DNA from: an uncultured bacterium
GTDB lineage: Bacteria; Patescibacteriota; Minisyncoccia; UBA6257; GWB1-50-10
NCBI GenBank assembly: GCA_963713955.1
Contig: OY970216.1
Span: 378,252-442,251, forward strand
Reading direction: 5' to 3'
Length of the DNA stretch: 64,000 nt
The notes beneath the pieces were generated by a model. The model was not told the origin of the DNA. It saw only the letters and a list, made by a program, of their open reading frames with translations, and did no database searches. Below, one piece after another: positions 62,162-64,000 of the stretch. The stretch's first letter is position 1, and every line of letters begins with the position of its first letter. The position numbers and the translations under genes were made by a program.

Positions 62162-64000
62162 TGCTCGACCTCATAGATCTAATCCCCGACATCAGCGAGG
62201 GAGAGAAAGAAAAAATATCGGAAGACATCTTTGGTGAAAAGGATAAGTTTGATTTTCTGGAGCGTATTACTAAGCTGTTACGGGCTGATGTCCCTAGCAG
62301 GGTTTTCTATGATTTTATCGCACAGTCAGAAAGGTTTTCCAATAAGACCCCAGAACAATTAGAGGCTTATATAATCATCAGTCAAAGGATAGTTGGCTCT
62401 CCCTCTCAAGAAATAATCCGCATGAAGGATCAGCTGATCGAGCAGATTTTAGCTACCGACAATCCAGCAGAATCATATAGGAAAATTGAAGATATATTCA
62501 TAAAAAATAATCTTCCGACCATCGGGAAAATTTACAAGATCTTCGAGGAACTTTACCCGCCGAAGATTTTAGCAACAAGAATCCGTAATAATGCCAGCCC
62601 GATATTGAGGCATGAGGGGAACAGAGGAAAATACTATATCGTTTATCAAGATCTCCTGCGGACGCACGTCGAATCAGCCAACCGTTCCTTGAGACAGTAT
62701 ATAGAGGTGCTCTTGGATGGAGAAAGCATCCTAGCGGAAGCTGAAGAGAAAGGGTTTGATTCTTTGGATGTGGATAAACGGACTGAACTTGATTATTTTT
62801 TTGGTAAACTCAACACTCTTTTCCTTAACTCGAGCTTGGGTGGGAATGAAAGCTCTCCTCTGAAAGATAATCTTTCACTCCAGGAGAAATACCGCGGTTT
62901 AAGAGAAAGTCTCCTAGCTAGGAGTGGTCAGACTGTGACTAACAGAATCGGGGAGATGTTTCTGAGGCCGATTGAATTAGAAAGCTTAGCGGACGTTTTA
63001 GCCGAAATGAAGAAAGCTAAAACCGCTGCTCACGCACGCGGACTTGAGTTAGCTCGGAATGCTACGGATGAAAAGCTGGATTTACGCGAAGGTGATCTCC
63101 TAAAGGGCGTTAATGATCAGTATATATCAAATATTCTTCAGAACGGCTCGGTAGCCAAGGAATTTCTTGGAGCTAGCGCCGATTCGGACAGTACACCTCT
63201 CGATACGGACGTGAGCATGGTTCTAGAAGGCGACCTGACCGATGGATTCCGTGGGGCAGTGGGAAAATCCTTAGCAACTAGTTACGGTGATTTGTTGTTT
63301 GCCGTGAGAGATAGGGGTCAGTTTCAAAAGACAACTCAGGAGGGGGAGATCGACAGAGTTCCTGGTAAGCTCGAATTATTTTCCACCTTAGGAGGAAGGC
63401 ATTACGGCATACGTACTGGCTTTCCTTCGACGGAGATAGACTTCATGGTAGTCAAAGGAGATCTTATGGGAGATTCTCGGAGATGCGGGAAGATTTTCTA
63501 TGAAATCGCGCAGAACGGCTATTACATTCCAATAACCGACATAGAGGGCAAGATCATATTCACTCCGGAAATGTATGCTGAGTACAGAGCGACATTCAAT
63601 GGCCTTGACCGTTATGATGGCGAGCCGCTCGAATTTGTTCTTTTGAAGGAGGGCGACGAAAACTTCGAGCGTATAGATGAAATCGCCAAGAATTTAGACA
63701 AAAATGCCGAGAAAGTCCACTCGTTGTCGAATAACATAAGAAATACCGTTGAGAAGGTCTTATCGGAAAGTGGGATCAATGTTAAATCTCAATATGATAC
63801 GAGTATCATCGGTGCGGAGTTGCTGGATATCGGATCGACAGGGAGGCATACCAATATGCCAGGAGATTTTGATTTCGATTTCACCTTGAAGCTGGACGCG
63901 GGCGATTTTGGGCGCTCAGCAGAGATTGCGGATCGCATAAAAAAAGAATTGAGCATAGGGAAGGACGAGTCGCACCAAGAACCAGGCGGCTATTATCAGT
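62162..64000 (+). CDS. large ORF open at both ends (>=612 aa) with pol-beta-type nucleotidyltransferase motif near C-terminal part; 5' end abuts IS3 copy 3 (probably disrupted)
   Basis: Manual translation of frame 2 from 62162 to the window end has no stop. IGSTGRHTNMPGDFDFDF fits GS-x9-DxD. The first Met is ~95 codons in. Not listed in the ORF track. Confidence 0.5.

Overview
This 64-kb window is from a reduced-genome bacterium. Several proteins are minimal versions: AlaRS and AspRS are short, RpoA has no alpha-CTD, and ComEC is split. That resembles Patescibacteria/CPR-type genomes, but this is an inference. It is almost entirely plus-strand housekeeping sequence. In order it carries efp, mnmA, comEC, aspS, a DsbD/Trx-like pair, a glycerate kinase, ppsA, def, a P-type ATPase, alaS, then an infA-rpmJ-rpsM-rpsK-rpsD-rpoA-rplQ-rplM-rpsI ribosomal block. 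Further on come murA, mreB, holB, frr, rseP, ddl, proS, a second mreB with mreCD and PBP2, greA, lysS and serS. Three things stand out against that backbone. (1) Two accessory islands, at about 26.3-33.7 kb and about 57.9-60.7 kb, are built from short, unrelated cargo genes. The cargo includes a DNPH1-like hydrolase, a pol-beta-type nucleotidyltransferase, a FliS-like protein, an asparaginase fragment, a HAD phosphatase, 6-phosphogluconolactonase, and small membrane and Cys-rich proteins. Each gene is preceded and/or followed by an almost perfectly conserved 28-45 bp module, AAAATCGTTCGAACATCGTCCACTCCTG(TGCACTAAAATTGACA), whose 3' extension supplies a -35 box. The islands hold an IS1595-family element inserted inside one module copy and three IS3-family elements, two of which are 100% identical copies. 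(2) An imperfectly palindromic intergenic repeat family of about 150-280 bp has at least 7 copies, and its internal 11-bp stem shows compensatory covariation. (3) Three paralogous type-IV-pilin/LamG fusion genes share near-identical 5' halves and 3' ends but differ in the middle. Other repeated structure includes three long inverted-repeat promoter elements (CCCTCACCCTT...AAGGGTGAGGG). I found no CRISPR array, rRNA or convincing tRNA. ORF-track starts are often TTG or GTG and over-extended, so the true starts are frequently downstream.
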